Below, piece after piece: positions 47,720-57,662 of a DNA stretch of 64,000 bases. Under the pieces are notes generated by a model, which searched no databases, was not told the origin of the DNA, and saw nothing but the letters and a program-made list of their open reading frames with translations. The position numbers were made by a program, and so were the translations under genes. Each line of letters starts with the position of its first letter. Positions within the stretch are counted from its first letter, which is position 1. The stretch is from an uncultured virus (IMG/VR IMGVR_UViG_3300044729_003978) (lineage: Duplodnaviria > Heunggongvirae > Uroviricota > Caudoviricetes), in the IMG/VR virus record IMGVR_UViG_3300044729_003978. One strand, written 5' to 3'.

Positions 47720-48716
47720 TTACAGTTCCTAGTCTTTGATTATAGGCCTTATTAAATATTGAGTTCCAATTATGAACAAAAGTTTCCATAGAATAGTTGG
47801 ATTCAATAAACCTTCTAGCGTTTGAGCCAATGCTTTCAAATCCTTCCTCATTATTGCAAATTTTAACAACCGCTTCAGCCAAAACATCTAAGTCATTCGA
47901 TGAAACAGAGTTTTCTTCATTTAATATCTTAGCAACCTCTTGATATCTAGTCGAAACTATAGGCGCCCCGCAAGACATAGCCTCAAGAAGAGACATTGGA
48001 ACAGGAGAAAATTTTGAGGTGTTTATATAGCACGCAGAATTTTTAATTTTTTCTGCAATTTTATTTGGATCTGATATAGGCCTGCTTATTCCGGGATTAT
48101 CTCCAATAAGAGTAAATTTGATTTTTGGGTCTATAGACGTTGCTTTGTTTTTAACATATTCCCATTCAAAATGACCACAAAAGAAATCTCTATCTCTTAG
48201 ATAGTTTACGGTGTACACAACCTCTTTGCTACCGTTTGGTTTCCATCCAGAAAAGACATTAGTATCTATTCCGTGATTTATGACTATAGCGTCTTTGTTT
48301 TTCCAGCTTTCTTTGTTGTGTTCTGTTATACAGACATTTAAATCTGCTTTTATATTAATCGTCTCTAGCAAGGCTGGATTATTAATAGGCTCAACATGAT
48401 CTATATGTATCAAAGGAAGTCTAAGAGCATTGGCTAGGTTTTTTGAGTTTTGTATTTGAGAATATCTCTCTTGTGAGATTATAAAATCTATCGAGGATGG
48501 TATTTTTTCAAAATCGGTAACTATAACGCAGTTCTTAGGAAGCTTTCTAAACTCTTCATTCCATTTCTTAGATCCTGGCATCTCAAGCAAGAAGAAGTTA
48601 TGGCCAGTTCTAGCCATCGCCTCTTGATAAGCTTCGTGTGTAGAGAATGTTAATATATCGTATTTCTCTTTAGATTTTCTATTTATTTTATTTGAAACAA
48701 ACAATACTGGATTCAT
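47697..48716 (-). CDS. Glycosyltransferase family 4 (GT-B)
   Basis: VINHGIDT..F, YINTS..SPVPMSLLEAMSCGAPIVS. Confidence 0.9.
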   Translation of the reverse strand: MNPVLFVSNKINRKSKEKYDILTFSTHEAYQEAMARTGHNFFLLEMPGSKKWNEEFRKLPKNCVIVTDFEKIPSSIDFIISQERYSQIQNSKNLANALRLPLIHIDHVEPINNPALLETINIKADLNVCITEHNKESWKNKDAIVINHGIDTNVFSGWKPNGSKEVVYTVNYLRDRDFFCGHFEWEYVKNKATSIDPKIKFTLIGDNPGISRPISDPNKIAEKIKNSACYINTSKFSPVPMSLLEAMSCGAPIVSTRYQEVAKILNEENSVSSNDLDVLAEAVVKICNNEEGFESIGSNARRFIESNYSMETFVHNWNSIFNKAYNQRLGTVNEIFYIK

Positions 48717-49810
48717 ATCAAGGCCTCCATTTTTTTAGCACAAGCTTCTATGCTAAAATTGTCCTCTAGAAATTTTCTATTTTCTTCAACTATGTTTTTA
48801 ACTAATTCAGGATTGTCTAAAACAAACCTCATTTTTTCACATAGTTCGGTTGTAGATGGGTCTAGCCAGTTTTCTTGCCAATTGTAGTAAGGATCCGAAT
48901 TCATTCCAAAAACCTTTTTAGGAGTGAATGAAGATATTAAAATGTCTTGGTATAAAAAGTTTTTCTTTATTCCAGATATTTTGGGAGCTATCACTGGCTT
49001 ACCTCGCATGGCAGCAGAGCAAAGCGGTAAGCCTTCCCCTTCACCTCTAGACATAGACACAAAACAATCACAAGTATCTTCTAGACTACAAAGATCGTCA
49101 TCAGAAAGCATTTCAGTTATCAAAACTATTTTGGGATAAAGTTGCTCGCGCTTACCTATTTGCTTTTTAAGCTCAGATACTACGTTTTTTATGTAAGCGG
49201 ATGATTCTGATTTACTTTTACCGCTGACATAGCTCTTTATAACTAAAGAAACATTATCGTGAACAGAAAATTCTGTAAGGAACCCATGTATAAGTGCGTT
49301 TACATTCTTTTTATTTGAGTAATCAGATACTGTATAAAATTTATATGTATTTTTAACTTCTTTTCCAAGATCAAACAAAGAGTTGCTTGTTTTTGGTTTT
49401 TCCTTTGGTTGGTCTACTATTTTTATTTTTAATTTATCAACACCTGAATTGACACAAGCTAAAAACTGTTCTTCAGTTGTGACCCAAATCTCGTCCATCA
49501 ACTCGCATCCAGATTTCCATCCAGAAGAATTAAAACTATCAGTTTCCCAGAAGAAATAGCCTATGTTTTTTACTCCAGATATTCTAACAAACATATCTGG
49601 TAAACATTGTTGTATTACGATATCACAATCGTCTAAATTATTATTCTCCAATTTAGAAACAAAATCACTATTTTTAAATGGAGTCTTATTTAAAGTTACC
49701 CAGATTGGAACAACATCATGTCCAGCCTTACTTATCGACTCTATCATAGATAATGCGGCATTGCCATAACCAGTGCCGTCTTTATATACGGATATATAGG
49801 CTATTTTCAT
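48713..49810 (-). CDS. Glycosyltransferase family 4 (GT-B)
   Basis: TGYG, GYFFWET, DEIWV, KKN, DCFVSMSRGEGEGLP. Confidence 0.9.
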   Translation of the reverse strand: MKIAYISVYKDGTGYGNAALSMIESISKAGHDVVPIWVTLNKTPFKNSDFVSKLENNNLDDCDIVIQQCLPDMFVRISGVKNIGYFFWETDSFNSSGWKSGCELMDEIWVTTEEQFLACVNSGVDKLKIKIVDQPKEKPKTSNSLFDLGKEVKNTYKFYTVSDYSNKKNVNALIHGFLTEFSVHDNVSLVIKSYVSGKSKSESSAYIKNVVSELKKQIGKREQLYPKIVLITEMLSDDDLCSLEDTCDCFVSMSRGEGEGLPLCSAAMRGKPVIAPKISGIKKNFLYQDILISSFTPKKVFGMNSDPYYNWQENWLDPSTTELCEKMRFVLDNPELVKNIVEENRKFLEDNFSIEACAKKMEALI

Positions 49811-51525
49811 ACTATTTCAAACCTCTTTGGTTGCTCTAAGATATTATTACAAATTTTATATCTGTATTGTTCAAATATATTGAATTGATTAGCAATACCT
49901 TTAATCATATCAGCTATATCATTTCTAGAAAATCTTTCTTGTGAGTTCTTGACTCTGCTTTTTAGCATTGTGTGAAACTCTTTTCTTCCAGCAAACGACT
50001 TAAGAGAAGATTTTGGTGGTGAAAAATTCATTATTAAATAATCAATAAAATCTTCATCGTTGTTTATAGAATCAATTTCAATTCTAGATGTATCGATAAT
50101 ATTTGGTTCCAAATACCATCTAGCATCTGGTAGTTTTGGCATTGATTCAAAAATATGATCCCATTTTTCATAAGTTGTATGATTTTTATGGTAGGTATTT
50201 ACGGTTTCTAAAGCTTCATTTGAGATATAATCTCTAAACTCCGAAGACTCTTGGAAGAAAGAAAATATCTTTTCTCCACAATAATCTGGATCTGGCATTG
50301 CTCGTATTTGACCAGTTTCATTGGTAGACTCCTCTCTCCAATAAGCGACTGGAATTTCAGCATAAGATCCGCCTAAAGAGCTTACTTCCTTCATTGCAGC
50401 GTACTCTGTAGAAATAGTAGGTACGCCACAAGCCTTAGCTTCTATTAGAGGGATCTCTAAGGCGCCAGCCACACTGAGTTGACAGTAAAGATCGGCGCAA
50501 TTATATATTGTAGCTAAATCTTGTCTAGATAAACCTAAAACGGTATTTGGAGCGTGAGCGGTGAAATTTCCGCAGTTATTACAAGTACAGACCTCCCCGT
50601 TAAAGAATGAAGCAAAGAATGACTTACAGTATTCACAGCAGTAAGTCATAACAACCTTTGATCCAAGCTTATACTTTATAATGTCTTTTCCGATATCAAA
50701 GCCAACATCTGGGTAACTAGTATGGAGATACAGATAAGTCTTCTCAGCTATATCATCTCTACCTGCATTTTTCCAATCGTCTAAGGCCTTTGAAAATGCG
50801 TACATCAAGTCTGGAAAAAGCTTTCTAGGTTGATTTCTCATTACAGTCAAAACGATGTTTATATCATCTTTTAGACCTAGCTTCATTCTGGCTAAGCTTT
50901 TATCAGATTTTTTAAATATATCCCTATCTACACCAGGCATTGTGTTTACATTTGCTGTTCTAATTTTTCTTCCAGAGTATTCCTTTAGAACAGAAAGGCC
51001 CCAATTTGTATATGAAGACATCATATCTACGCTAGAATAAACACCTATCCACTCTAACTTTGGTGGTTCAGAATCAACACATGCAGACCATACGTAGTTG
51101 AATAGATATCTAGACGGAGATTTTGTAATCCACTCATCGTGCCAAAAATCTCTGAATGAGAAAACGATATCTGGCTTAAAGTCAAGCACGGCTCTATCAA
51201 AAACCAAAGAACCAAACTGCGCAGTCCTATAATTATTATTATAGTTTTCTCTATCTTGAGGGTTTGTTGGAATTACAGGATAAACCTTCCAAGGAAGGCC
51301 TGCTATTCTAGCGTCGTCATCTTGAATATACGAAGCAATCTCAGCAACTTCGTATTTTCCACTAGCGTGAAGCTCTTTCAATAGATCGTTCGCCATAACA
51401 GCGAAGCCAGTATTTAATTGACTAAATTCACCTATTAGTAGGACCCGCTTTTTTCGATCCTTGTGTGAATCCTTCGTACCCTGGTAAAACTCTTTTATGT
51501 TGTCCTGCTGTTGCGTGATTTGCAT
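49807..51525 (-). CDS. Glycosyltransferase family 4 (GT-B) with Cys4 zinc-ribbon-like insertion
   Basis: TGFA, PGVD..F, VMRNQPRK, YLHT, CEYC...CNNC, IYNCADLY...EIPLIEAKACGVP. Confidence 0.88.
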   Translation of the reverse strand: MQITQQQDNIKEFYQGTKDSHKDRKKRVLLIGEFSQLNTGFAVMANDLLKELHASGKYEVAEIASYIQDDDARIAGLPWKVYPVIPTNPQDRENYNNNYRTAQFGSLVFDRAVLDFKPDIVFSFRDFWHDEWITKSPSRYLFNYVWSACVDSEPPKLEWIGVYSSVDMMSSYTNWGLSVLKEYSGRKIRTANVNTMPGVDRDIFKKSDKSLARMKLGLKDDINIVLTVMRNQPRKLFPDLMYAFSKALDDWKNAGRDDIAEKTYLYLHTSYPDVGFDIGKDIIKYKLGSKVVMTYCCEYCKSFFASFFNGEVCTCNNCGNFTAHAPNTVLGLSRQDLATIYNCADLYCQLSVAGALEIPLIEAKACGVPTISTEYAAMKEVSSLGGSYAEIPVAYWREESTNETGQIRAMPDPDYCGEKIFSFFQESSEFRDYISNEALETVNTYHKNHTTYEKWDHIFESMPKLPDARWYLEPNIIDTSRIEIDSINNDEDFIDYLIMNFSPPKSSLKSFAGRKEFHTMLKSRVKNSQERFSRNDIADMIKGIANQFNIFEQYRYKICNNILEQPKRFEIV

Positions 51526-51622
51526 ATTGCTTTATTATTTCCATGTTATCAGGGGCCGTATTTTTCAACAGCCCCTGAGATCTTAAAAATTCTAAAAATT
51601 TTTCTAGTTTTACTTCGCTCAT
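51428..51622 (-). CDS. Small hypothetical protein
   Basis: TGATG coupling to ssb, but overlaps the next gene by about 98 nt. Confidence 0.4.
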   Translation of the reverse strand: MSEVKLEKFLEFLRSQGLLKNTAPDNMEIIKQYANHATAGQHKRVLPGYEGFTQGSKKAGPTNR

Positions 51623-52047
51623 CAGAATGGAATATCTTCTAGCTGCGCTACTGCTTCTCTTGTTGGCCGCTTATTCTCTTTTACTACAGGGTTAGAAGAC
51701 GAACTTGTTGCGGCAGTCTTCTTATTGCTCATAAACTCAAAATCCTGAATGCTTATGATGTGCTTGCTTCGCTTTTCTCCATCCTTTGTTTCCCAATTCT
51801 CTTGTTTTAGAATTCCGTCAATAAGAATTGGGTCGCCTTTTGTCATATACTCAGAAATGACACTAGCTCTAGCACCCCACATCTCGCAATCAATGTATGT
51901 GCTTTCTTCTTTCTTTTCGCCAGACTTAGTCGTGAACTTTCTATTAATAGCCACTCTAAATCTAACAACATTGGAGTCTCCAACGTTCTTAAGCTCTGGA
52001 TCTGAAACTAAGTTTGCTGCAAGAATAACTTTATTGTAATTTGCCAT
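51622..52047 (-). CDS. ssb: Single-stranded DNA-binding protein
   Basis: NKVIL..NL..DPEL, IDCEMWG, KGDPILIDG, WETKDGEKRSK, C-terminal EDIPF; GAGG SD and upstream TATAAT (52065-52070). Confidence 0.95.
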   Translation of the reverse strand: MANYNKVILAANLVSDPELKNVGDSNVVRFRVAINRKFTTKSGEKKEESTYIDCEMWGARASVISEYMTKGDPILIDGILKQENWETKDGEKRSKHIISIQDFEFMSNKKTAATSSSSNPVVKENKRPTREAVAQLEDIPF

Positions 52048-52087
52048 GTTTTACCTCGTGAAAGATTATAGTAAGCCTAAAAGTTTT

Positions 52088-53605
52088 TTATACGTTTTTA
52101 ATTGAATTTACAGACCAACCGAATCCAGTTCCCTTAAGCACTACGGAGTAGTATGAACCAACCGCTATAGAGTTTTTAAATTTCTCGTATGTGTCGGGGA
52201 AGCAAACCACGTTTATAAAACCAGTGTTGTCTGCAATAGAAAGTTGGCACATATCCTTGCCAGGATCTTTGCCCTTTTTTGTTTTTGTAATCTTGATATC
52301 GTTTATTTTTACAGTCAGATTCGCAATCATGTTTTTGTTGACACGCATTTTATTGAAACACTCCTTGCAACTCCAGTCGTCTTCGACATTTACATTGTAA
52401 TCATAACTAAAGGCTATTCCAAGAAGATCTTTTTCAACAGAATTTTTTATCACTGCAGAGTCGCTAGACTTTATGTCAATTGACAAAGCTTCTGACATAA
52501 CTATGTCTTTTCTTTTCTTTACGCATTGTTCAACAGAACATTTTTTAACAGCCTCAATCAAATCTAGAACTCCGCTTTCTGAATTTATTTTTGAGAAAAT
52601 AAACTCGATCTCTTTTTGAGTTAATTGCTTAAGCATGTTGTAGACAGATAGCATGCACGATCTAGATAGTCCGTATTCATCGCAAGCCCCACAATTTATA
52701 AGGCTTTCTAGGGCTAGTGATCTTATTTTTTCTGAAGACGCGAAGTGTGTGATAAGTAAACTAGTAAAACTAGCTGGTCTAATAGATTCTATCAGTTCGG
52801 CGTCAGATTCACCAACCTGTTTTATGTGAGATAGACCATAATGAATGACGCCCTCTTTTATTGAGAAGTCAAAATTTGACTTTGAAACAGAAGGTTTTTC
52901 TATACTTATACCAAGCATCTTAGCCTCGTTTATCAAATCCTCTATCTCCTCTCTAGGCTTCTGTTTACCTTTGCTGTAGGTTAGATAGACGCAATAAAAT
53001 TCAAGCGGAAAGTTTGCTTTTACGTAGGCTGTTTTGTAAGCCCAAAGCGCATATTTTTTAGCATGAGCATCGTTAAAAGCATATCTACCAGCGCCTTCGA
53101 TAAGAGAAAAAAGCTTTTCAGCCATTTCTTTTGATCTACCGTTCTTAAGACATCCTGCTATGAATTTGTCCCTAAGATCAATAATTATTTTTTGATCCTT
53201 CTTACCAATGCCTTTTCTAAGCTTATCAACAATCACAAGTCTATCAAGGTATGGAAGATCCCTCCAAGCTATTTCGCCACCAAATTTCATCAGCTGTTCT
53301 TGATATATAAGAACACCCATTGTTGGGGACAGTATCGAATTAACAGACTCATCATTGTAATCTGGCTTCTCAATTAATCCACTTTTTACCTTTGAATAAG
53401 TCTCGGTCATTCCAGATTCTAGGCACGCAGGTCTTATCAATGATATTACGGCGCTAAGCTCATTTATATTAGAGGGCTTTATTGTAGCAGACCATTTCTT
53501 ACCGAGATCACTCTCTAGTTGGAATACGCCTATAGTGTGACCATTCTGTATTAGCCGCCAAGCCTTGTCGTTTTTTAACGATATGTTTGATGTCTCAAAT
53601 GTCAT
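52088..53605 (-). CDS. dnaE: DNA polymerase III alpha, C-terminal half (fingers, HhH, OB)
   Basis: GVFQLES, SLIRP, LIYQEQLM, LRKGIGKK, YAFNDAHA, LSHIKQVG, OB fold with TKKG..M. Confidence 0.92.
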   Translation of the reverse strand: MTFETSNISLKNDKAWRLIQNGHTIGVFQLESDLGKKWSATIKPSNINELSAVISLIRPACLESGMTETYSKVKSGLIEKPDYNDESVNSILSPTMGVLIYQEQLMKFGGEIAWRDLPYLDRLVIVDKLRKGIGKKDQKIIIDLRDKFIAGCLKNGRSKEMAEKLFSLIEGAGRYAFNDAHAKKYALWAYKTAYVKANFPLEFYCVYLTYSKGKQKPREEIEDLINEAKMLGISIEKPSVSKSNFDFSIKEGVIHYGLSHIKQVGESDAELIESIRPASFTSLLITHFASSEKIRSLALESLINCGACDEYGLSRSCMLSVYNMLKQLTQKEIEFIFSKINSESGVLDLIEAVKKCSVEQCVKKRKDIVMSEALSIDIKSSDSAVIKNSVEKDLLGIAFSYDYNVNVEDDWSCKECFNKMRVNKNMIANLTVKINDIKITKTKKGKDPGKDMCQLSIADNTGFINVVCFPDTYEKFKNSIAVGSYYSVVLKGTGFGWSVNSIKNV

Positions 53606-53606
53606 T

Positions 53607-54257
53607 TTAATTTGCTTGGGTTTCTTTTTGAGCGTTTATTTTTGGTCTTATTTTAAAGTTCATGAAGTTCATATATCTTTGGAACATCTTTTTTGTTATG
53701 TCTACATCCTCAGCAGCGTCGTGATTTGCGGTTGCTCTCTTAAGTCCTATTATCTCTGCATACGTGTCCATCTTGTTGTTTTTCAAACCGTCTCTTCCAA
53801 ATATGCAAAACATCAATGGAAACATGTCTATTTGCATGTTAGACCAGGGTAAATCATCTTTTTCTGATATTATCTTGTATTCAAGCATCTGGTGCTTAAG
53901 GAATGGTATGTCAAAGTTTACTATGTTGAAGCCAACAAGAACTGGGGATGTCCAAAACTTCTTTGTATGATTAACAGAGTCTAAAAACTCTTTGAACTTT
54001 CTTATGCCAACCTTTGGATGAAGTCCATCAGATTTAGCCCTACTCCATAAATCTTCGCCAATCACCTTTATAGCGTCTGGACTAGCCCTTTCGGGCTTTT
54101 GAGGCTTTATAAGCAAATCAAACCTACCATTTTCTATTTCAGAGTAGTCTGAATATTTTAAAGCAACCGCTGATATCTGAACAATCTCAGCGCCGTCTTT
54201 AGGATCTAACCCGCTAGTTTCTAAGTCAAAAACAACGAAATTCTTATTGTTGGCCAT
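53607..54257 (-). CDS. DEDDh 3'-5' exonuclease (DnaQ/epsilon-like)
   Basis: VFDLETSG, VGFNI.NFDIPFL, HDAAED. Confidence 0.92.
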   Translation of the reverse strand: MANNKNFVVFDLETSGLDPKDGAEIVQISAVALKYSDYSEIENGRFDLLIKPQKPERASPDAIKVIGEDLWSRAKSDGLHPKVGIRKFKEFLDSVNHTKKFWTSPVLVGFNIVNFDIPFLKHQMLEYKIISEKDDLPWSNMQIDMFPLMFCIFGRDGLKNNKMDTYAEIIGLKRATANHDAAEDVDITKKMFQRYMNFMNFKIRPKINAQKETQAN

Positions 54258-54265
54258 GAATCATT

Positions 54266-54877
54266 TTAGGCGCCTATGAAGGATCTTTCGACGTTTTTTG
54301 GAAGACTCCTAAAAGACCTTTTAAGCGATCTTCCACTAGCAGCCATTTGCTTTTTACCTATCTTAGCGTCCCATTTTTTGGTTTTTATTGAAACCCAATA
54401 ACTATAAAGAACGGCTGAAGCTTTAGATTTATATATGTCTAGATCAATTGGAAGATTGAATTCTTTTATTAGTTTTACTGCTCTTCTTTCTGCGTTTAAT
54501 TCACAATCGATCATTTTTTGAGTGTACCTAATTAAGATTTTATTATTCAAAGTTATCTCATTATTTATCCACATACAAACCGCATTTTGAACACTGCCAT
54601 ATTTTCTATGATCGCAGAACTTGTACGTTTTGTCTCCCTCAATCCACTGTAAAACATGCGCAAACTCATGAACTAGTGTTGAAAGAAAATCTTGCGCGGA
54701 CCCTCCGCTGGCACAGGCAAGTATTGAACCGCCTTCGTCAAAATATCCTAAAACTCTAAACCCAAAAGGTTTCATAACAACAGACTTGCCCCTGCCTATC
54801 TTAAGCTTAATGCCATTTCTAGCGCAAGTTTCTTTGACAAAATCTAAGAAATCACCTGGGATCTGATGTGTTGGCAT
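54266..54877 (-). CDS. HEXXH zinc metallopeptidase-like protein
   Basis: TLVHEFAHVLQW and downstream CELNAE. Confidence 0.7.
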   Translation of the reverse strand: MPTHQIPGDFLDFVKETCARNGIKLKIGRGKSVVMKPFGFRVLGYFDEGGSILACASGGSAQDFLSTLVHEFAHVLQWIEGDKTYKFCDHRKYGSVQNAVCMWINNEITLNNKILIRYTQKMIDCELNAERRAVKLIKEFNLPIDLDIYKSKASAVLYSYWVSIKTKKWDAKIGKKQMAASGRSLKRSFRSLPKNVERSFIGA

Positions 54878-54881
54878 AATT

Positions 54882-54891
54882 GTGTATACAC
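54882..54891. promoter_or_regulatory. Palindromic GTGTATACAC, candidate bidirectional late promoter
   Basis: 14 nt from ATG 54877 (-) and 25 nt from ATG 54907 (+); same geometry as 3394-3403. Confidence 0.7.
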
Positions 54892-54906
54892 TATTGGGTT
54901 AGTTAA

Positions 54907-55164
54907 ATGTCCCTATCAAAATCAATACAAAAACTCCTTAACAAGTTAACCGCTAGCTATAAAGGATTCATGGTTGGCGATACTGTTAAGAACATAAATG
55001 CGAAGTGTTTACATTATGGAAGCGTTGGAAAGGTCGTAAAGATTGAAAGTCTACCAAACAATTCTGGGTACTTAATCCACTATAAAGTTGAAAACTTTGG
55101 AAATACTTACAAAAATGGGGATGTTTTGGTAAAAACAGAGGATCAACTAGAGAACGTTTTATGA
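54907..55164 (+). CDS. Small SH3/KOW-like protein with shared leader (MSLSKSIQKLLNKLTAS)
   Basis: GDTVKNIN..C.HYGSVGKVVKI beta-barrel-like pattern. Confidence 0.7.
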   Translation: MSLSKSIQKLLNKLTASYKGFMVGDTVKNINAKCLHYGSVGKVVKIESLPNNSGYLIHYKVENFGNTYKNGDVLVKTEDQLENVL

Positions 55165-56120
55165 AAAACAATAAAAAACAATTAAATATTAAATTCTTAC
55201 TTAACACGGCCGCGAATGAAGAGGTCAGGATTGATAGTATCACAGCTGTGCCTGATGCGGAACTGCCTGATGCGGAACTTTTAGGAGAATCTTTTCTTGG
55301 GATAAGTAATACCGAGGTTGATACCGTTTCAGTTCTATTTTCTCTTACTTTTTTGGGTGCCGCAGCTGTTGTTAAAATTAAGGACTGGCTAAAAAATTTG
55401 CCGCCAAATTGTTTAAAGTATTTTAAAGATCCAAGAATGAAAAGAATTATTGCTGAGTTAGAGGCTTTTATAAATATATTTAAAGATTCAGTTCCAGCAT
55501 CTACTATAGCTAATCCTGCACAGACTTGGATTGGAAGATTTTGGGGAATTCTGCGAGAGCCGAGAATAGCAGAAAGCGAAGGGATTATTTTGATTGTTAA
55601 GACATTATCAGATCTTCTGTCAGATATGCGCGATCTTTTAGCAATAATTTCTAATGGGGAATGTAATTTAGAGTTTAAAAAATTTTTAGACCTTTTGATA
55701 GAATTTAGTCCTTTTGCTGGTGTTGATGAACTTGGTGGCCTTAAGGACATATTTGATAAAGTGCTTACTGGAGCATTAGAGCCTAGTTTAGCCTTAGGTG
55801 CTATGATCAGAAATTATAATCCACAGCTTGCGGCTGCTTGGGCTGCAGACTGTGTAGTTCGACGGTATGGTTGTCAAACTACGCAAGGACCAACGGCAGG
55901 TGTAGATTGGGGTCAAGTGGCTCTATGGACTACGGTTGGTATAGGTGCGGTTGCAATAATAGTCTTTACTGGTGGAGCAGCCGCACCAATAGCGCTTGCG
56001 GTAACTGGCGGGGCGGCGCTTACTTGTTCAGGAGCGGCTCTGGCCGATATGTCAGATAGTGAAATACAGCAATTAATACAAGAAAGAATTCAGCAGCAGG
56101 AGGATTTATTAAATGGATAA
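55161..56120 (+). CDS. Helical protein with C-terminal hydrophobic hairpin (FTGGA), translocon/pore-former-like
   Basis: VALWTTVGIGAVAIIVFTGGAAAPIALAVTGGAAL; paralogous to 57918-59045. Confidence 0.65.
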   Translation: MKNNKKQLNIKFLLNTAANEEVRIDSITAVPDAELPDAELLGESFLGISNTEVDTVSVLFSLTFLGAAAVVKIKDWLKNLPPNCLKYFKDPRMKRIIAELEAFINIFKDSVPASTIANPAQTWIGRFWGILREPRIAESEGIILIVKTLSDLLSDMRDLLAIISNGECNLEFKKFLDLLIEFSPFAGVDELGGLKDIFDKVLTGALEPSLALGAMIRNYNPQLAAAWAADCVVRRYGCQTTQGPTAGVDWGQVALWTTVGIGAVAIIVFTGGAAAPIALAVTGGAALTCSGAALADMSDSEIQQLIQERIQQQEDLLNG

Positions 56121-56616
56121 AAAAAATGTAACTTTAAACAAACCTAGACGAATAGGTAAAGGTGATCCTGGTTACGGAAAGAAAAAATTCTACGTTTATG
56201 TGAAAAATGACAAAGGAAACGTTGTCCGTGTTATGTTTGGAGATCCAAATATGGAAATAAAAAGAGACAGCGACAACAGGAGAAAGAATTTTAGATCGAG
56301 ACACAGCTGTGATGACAATCCAGGCCCAAAATGGAAGGCTAGATACTGGTCTTGCAGAATGTGGGAAAAGAAAAAGAGTGTAACTGATTATACATCTTCA
56401 GAAATTGACAAGGAAGATTATAAATCATATACATTTACGAAGAAAAAGGCGGCCAGAAAACTCGCAAAAAAATTAGGTTGTGATACAATACAAAGATTTT
56501 TTAATATAGATGGGAAACAGCCTGGTTTGAAACCAAACACAAATTATTTTATGCCTTGCTCAAATAGACAACAGATGCATAAAAAAATATCAAAATTCAA
56601 TAAAGATAAATCATGA
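56113..56616 (+). CDS. Basic conserved phage protein, probable internal head protein
   Basis: KKFYVYVKNDKGNVV..FGDPNM...FRSRHSC...ARYWSC..W domain plus a C-terminal GC...MPC module. Confidence 0.7.
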   Translation: MDKKNVTLNKPRRIGKGDPGYGKKKFYVYVKNDKGNVVRVMFGDPNMEIKRDSDNRRKNFRSRHSCDDNPGPKWKARYWSCRMWEKKKSVTDYTSSEIDKEDYKSYTFTKKKAARKLAKKLGCDTIQRFFNIDGKQPGLKPNTNYFMPCSNRQQMHKKISKFNKDKS

Positions 56617-57050
56617 TACCTGTAGAACTCCTTTCTATGTTGGGTGGCGGAATAACAGGCTTTGTTTTTCGTTATCTAGCAGAGAAAAGAGATAACGACA
56701 AGCAGCTTTTTGAGAGGCTTATAGCTTTAAACGAACAAAAAGAAAAAGCTAAGGACAACGCTGTTAAAAGAGTACCAATAGATATTGGAAAGGGCGTAAG
56801 ACAACTTATAGTTCTTACTGTTCTTTTTGCCACATTAGCCGCGCCATTCGTTTTACCGTTTTTTGGAATACCAACTTTCGTAGAAGTTCAAACAGAGTCT
56901 CCAGAATATTTCTTAGGATTTATACCTAGTTTTAATAAAACTTTTTTCGTTGAGATAAACGGATATCTGTATGCTGGAGAATACAGGCAAATACTTTTGA
57001 GTATTGTTGGTTTTTATTTTGGTAGCGCCTCTGCGGGAAATAAAACATGA
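56613..57050 (+). CDS. Holin-like membrane protein
   Basis: Three hydrophobic segments; terminal IVGFYFG motif typical of phage 3TM holin-like proteins. Confidence 0.6.
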   Translation: MIPVELLSMLGGGITGFVFRYLAEKRDNDKQLFERLIALNEQKEKAKDNAVKRVPIDIGKGVRQLIVLTVLFATLAAPFVLPFFGIPTFVEVQTESPEYFLGFIPSFNKTFFVEINGYLYAGEYRQILLSIVGFYFGSASAGNKT

Positions 57051-57289
57051 AAAAGCTAACAATAATTTATCTAACCCTAATTATGAGTTCTTGTTTTTCT
57101 GGACCACAATTCATTCCAGATGAAAGAAATGATTCGCCTATGACATATGCAATTAAAAAGGGTATAGATTCTGGTCAGAGTGGTAATAGTTACGGTTGGA
57201 TTTTTTGGTATGCGCCAATAGCAATAATAGCTTTCCTATGGGCCTACAGAGAGTTTATTACCAAACGGAGTAGCAAAAATGAACAGTGA
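57047..57289 (+). CDS. Small lipoprotein with C-terminal transmembrane helix (u-spanin-like)
   Basis: MKKLTIIYLTLIMSSC lipobox; WIFWYAPIAIIAFLWAY followed by a basic tail. Confidence 0.55.
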   Translation: MKKLTIIYLTLIMSSCFSGPQFIPDERNDSPMTYAIKKGIDSGQSGNSYGWIFWYAPIAIIAFLWAYREFITKRSSKNEQ

Positions 57290-57662
57290 AGATATAGAAG
57301 TACCGATGTCAGAAGTTAATCTAAGTTTTTTAGATGTTATTTTTTTTGCTTTAGGCGAAGAACAGAGTAAGTCAGTTAGAGAAACTCTAGCTAAAAAGGC
57401 AACTGATCATAATGAGAAATATGGTCAAGATTCTTGCAAAAAAACATCTACAAAAACATTAATGGCCGTTTTTAGAAGAGGCGTTGGTGCATATAAAACC
57501 AATCCTGAAAGCGTAAGACCAAATGTTACAGGGCCACAGCAGTGGGGATATGGTAGAGTTAACGGTTTTCTTCACGCTCTAAGGACAGGGTCTTTCAAGA
57601 GAAAGCCATTTGATGTAGATCTTTTACCATCATGCCACCCGCAAAGAAAGAAGAAAAAGTAA
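57279..57662 (+). CDS. Conserved phage protein (DUF5824-like), probable internal head protein
   Basis: LAKKA..HN...LMAVFRRGVGAY...RP....QQWGYGRVNGF. Confidence 0.6.
   Translation: MNSEDIEVPMSEVNLSFLDVIFFALGEEQSKSVRETLAKKATDHNEKYGQDSCKKTSTKTLMAVFRRGVGAYKTNPESVRPNVTGPQQWGYGRVNGFLHALRTGSFKRKPFDVDLLPSCHPQRKKKK

Noticed and set aside
54986..55750. 254-aa - strand ORF and other antisense ORFs within the tape measure and tail genes
   Set aside because: Antisense shadows of well-supported genes, with Ser/Leu/Phe-rich composition and no motifs.
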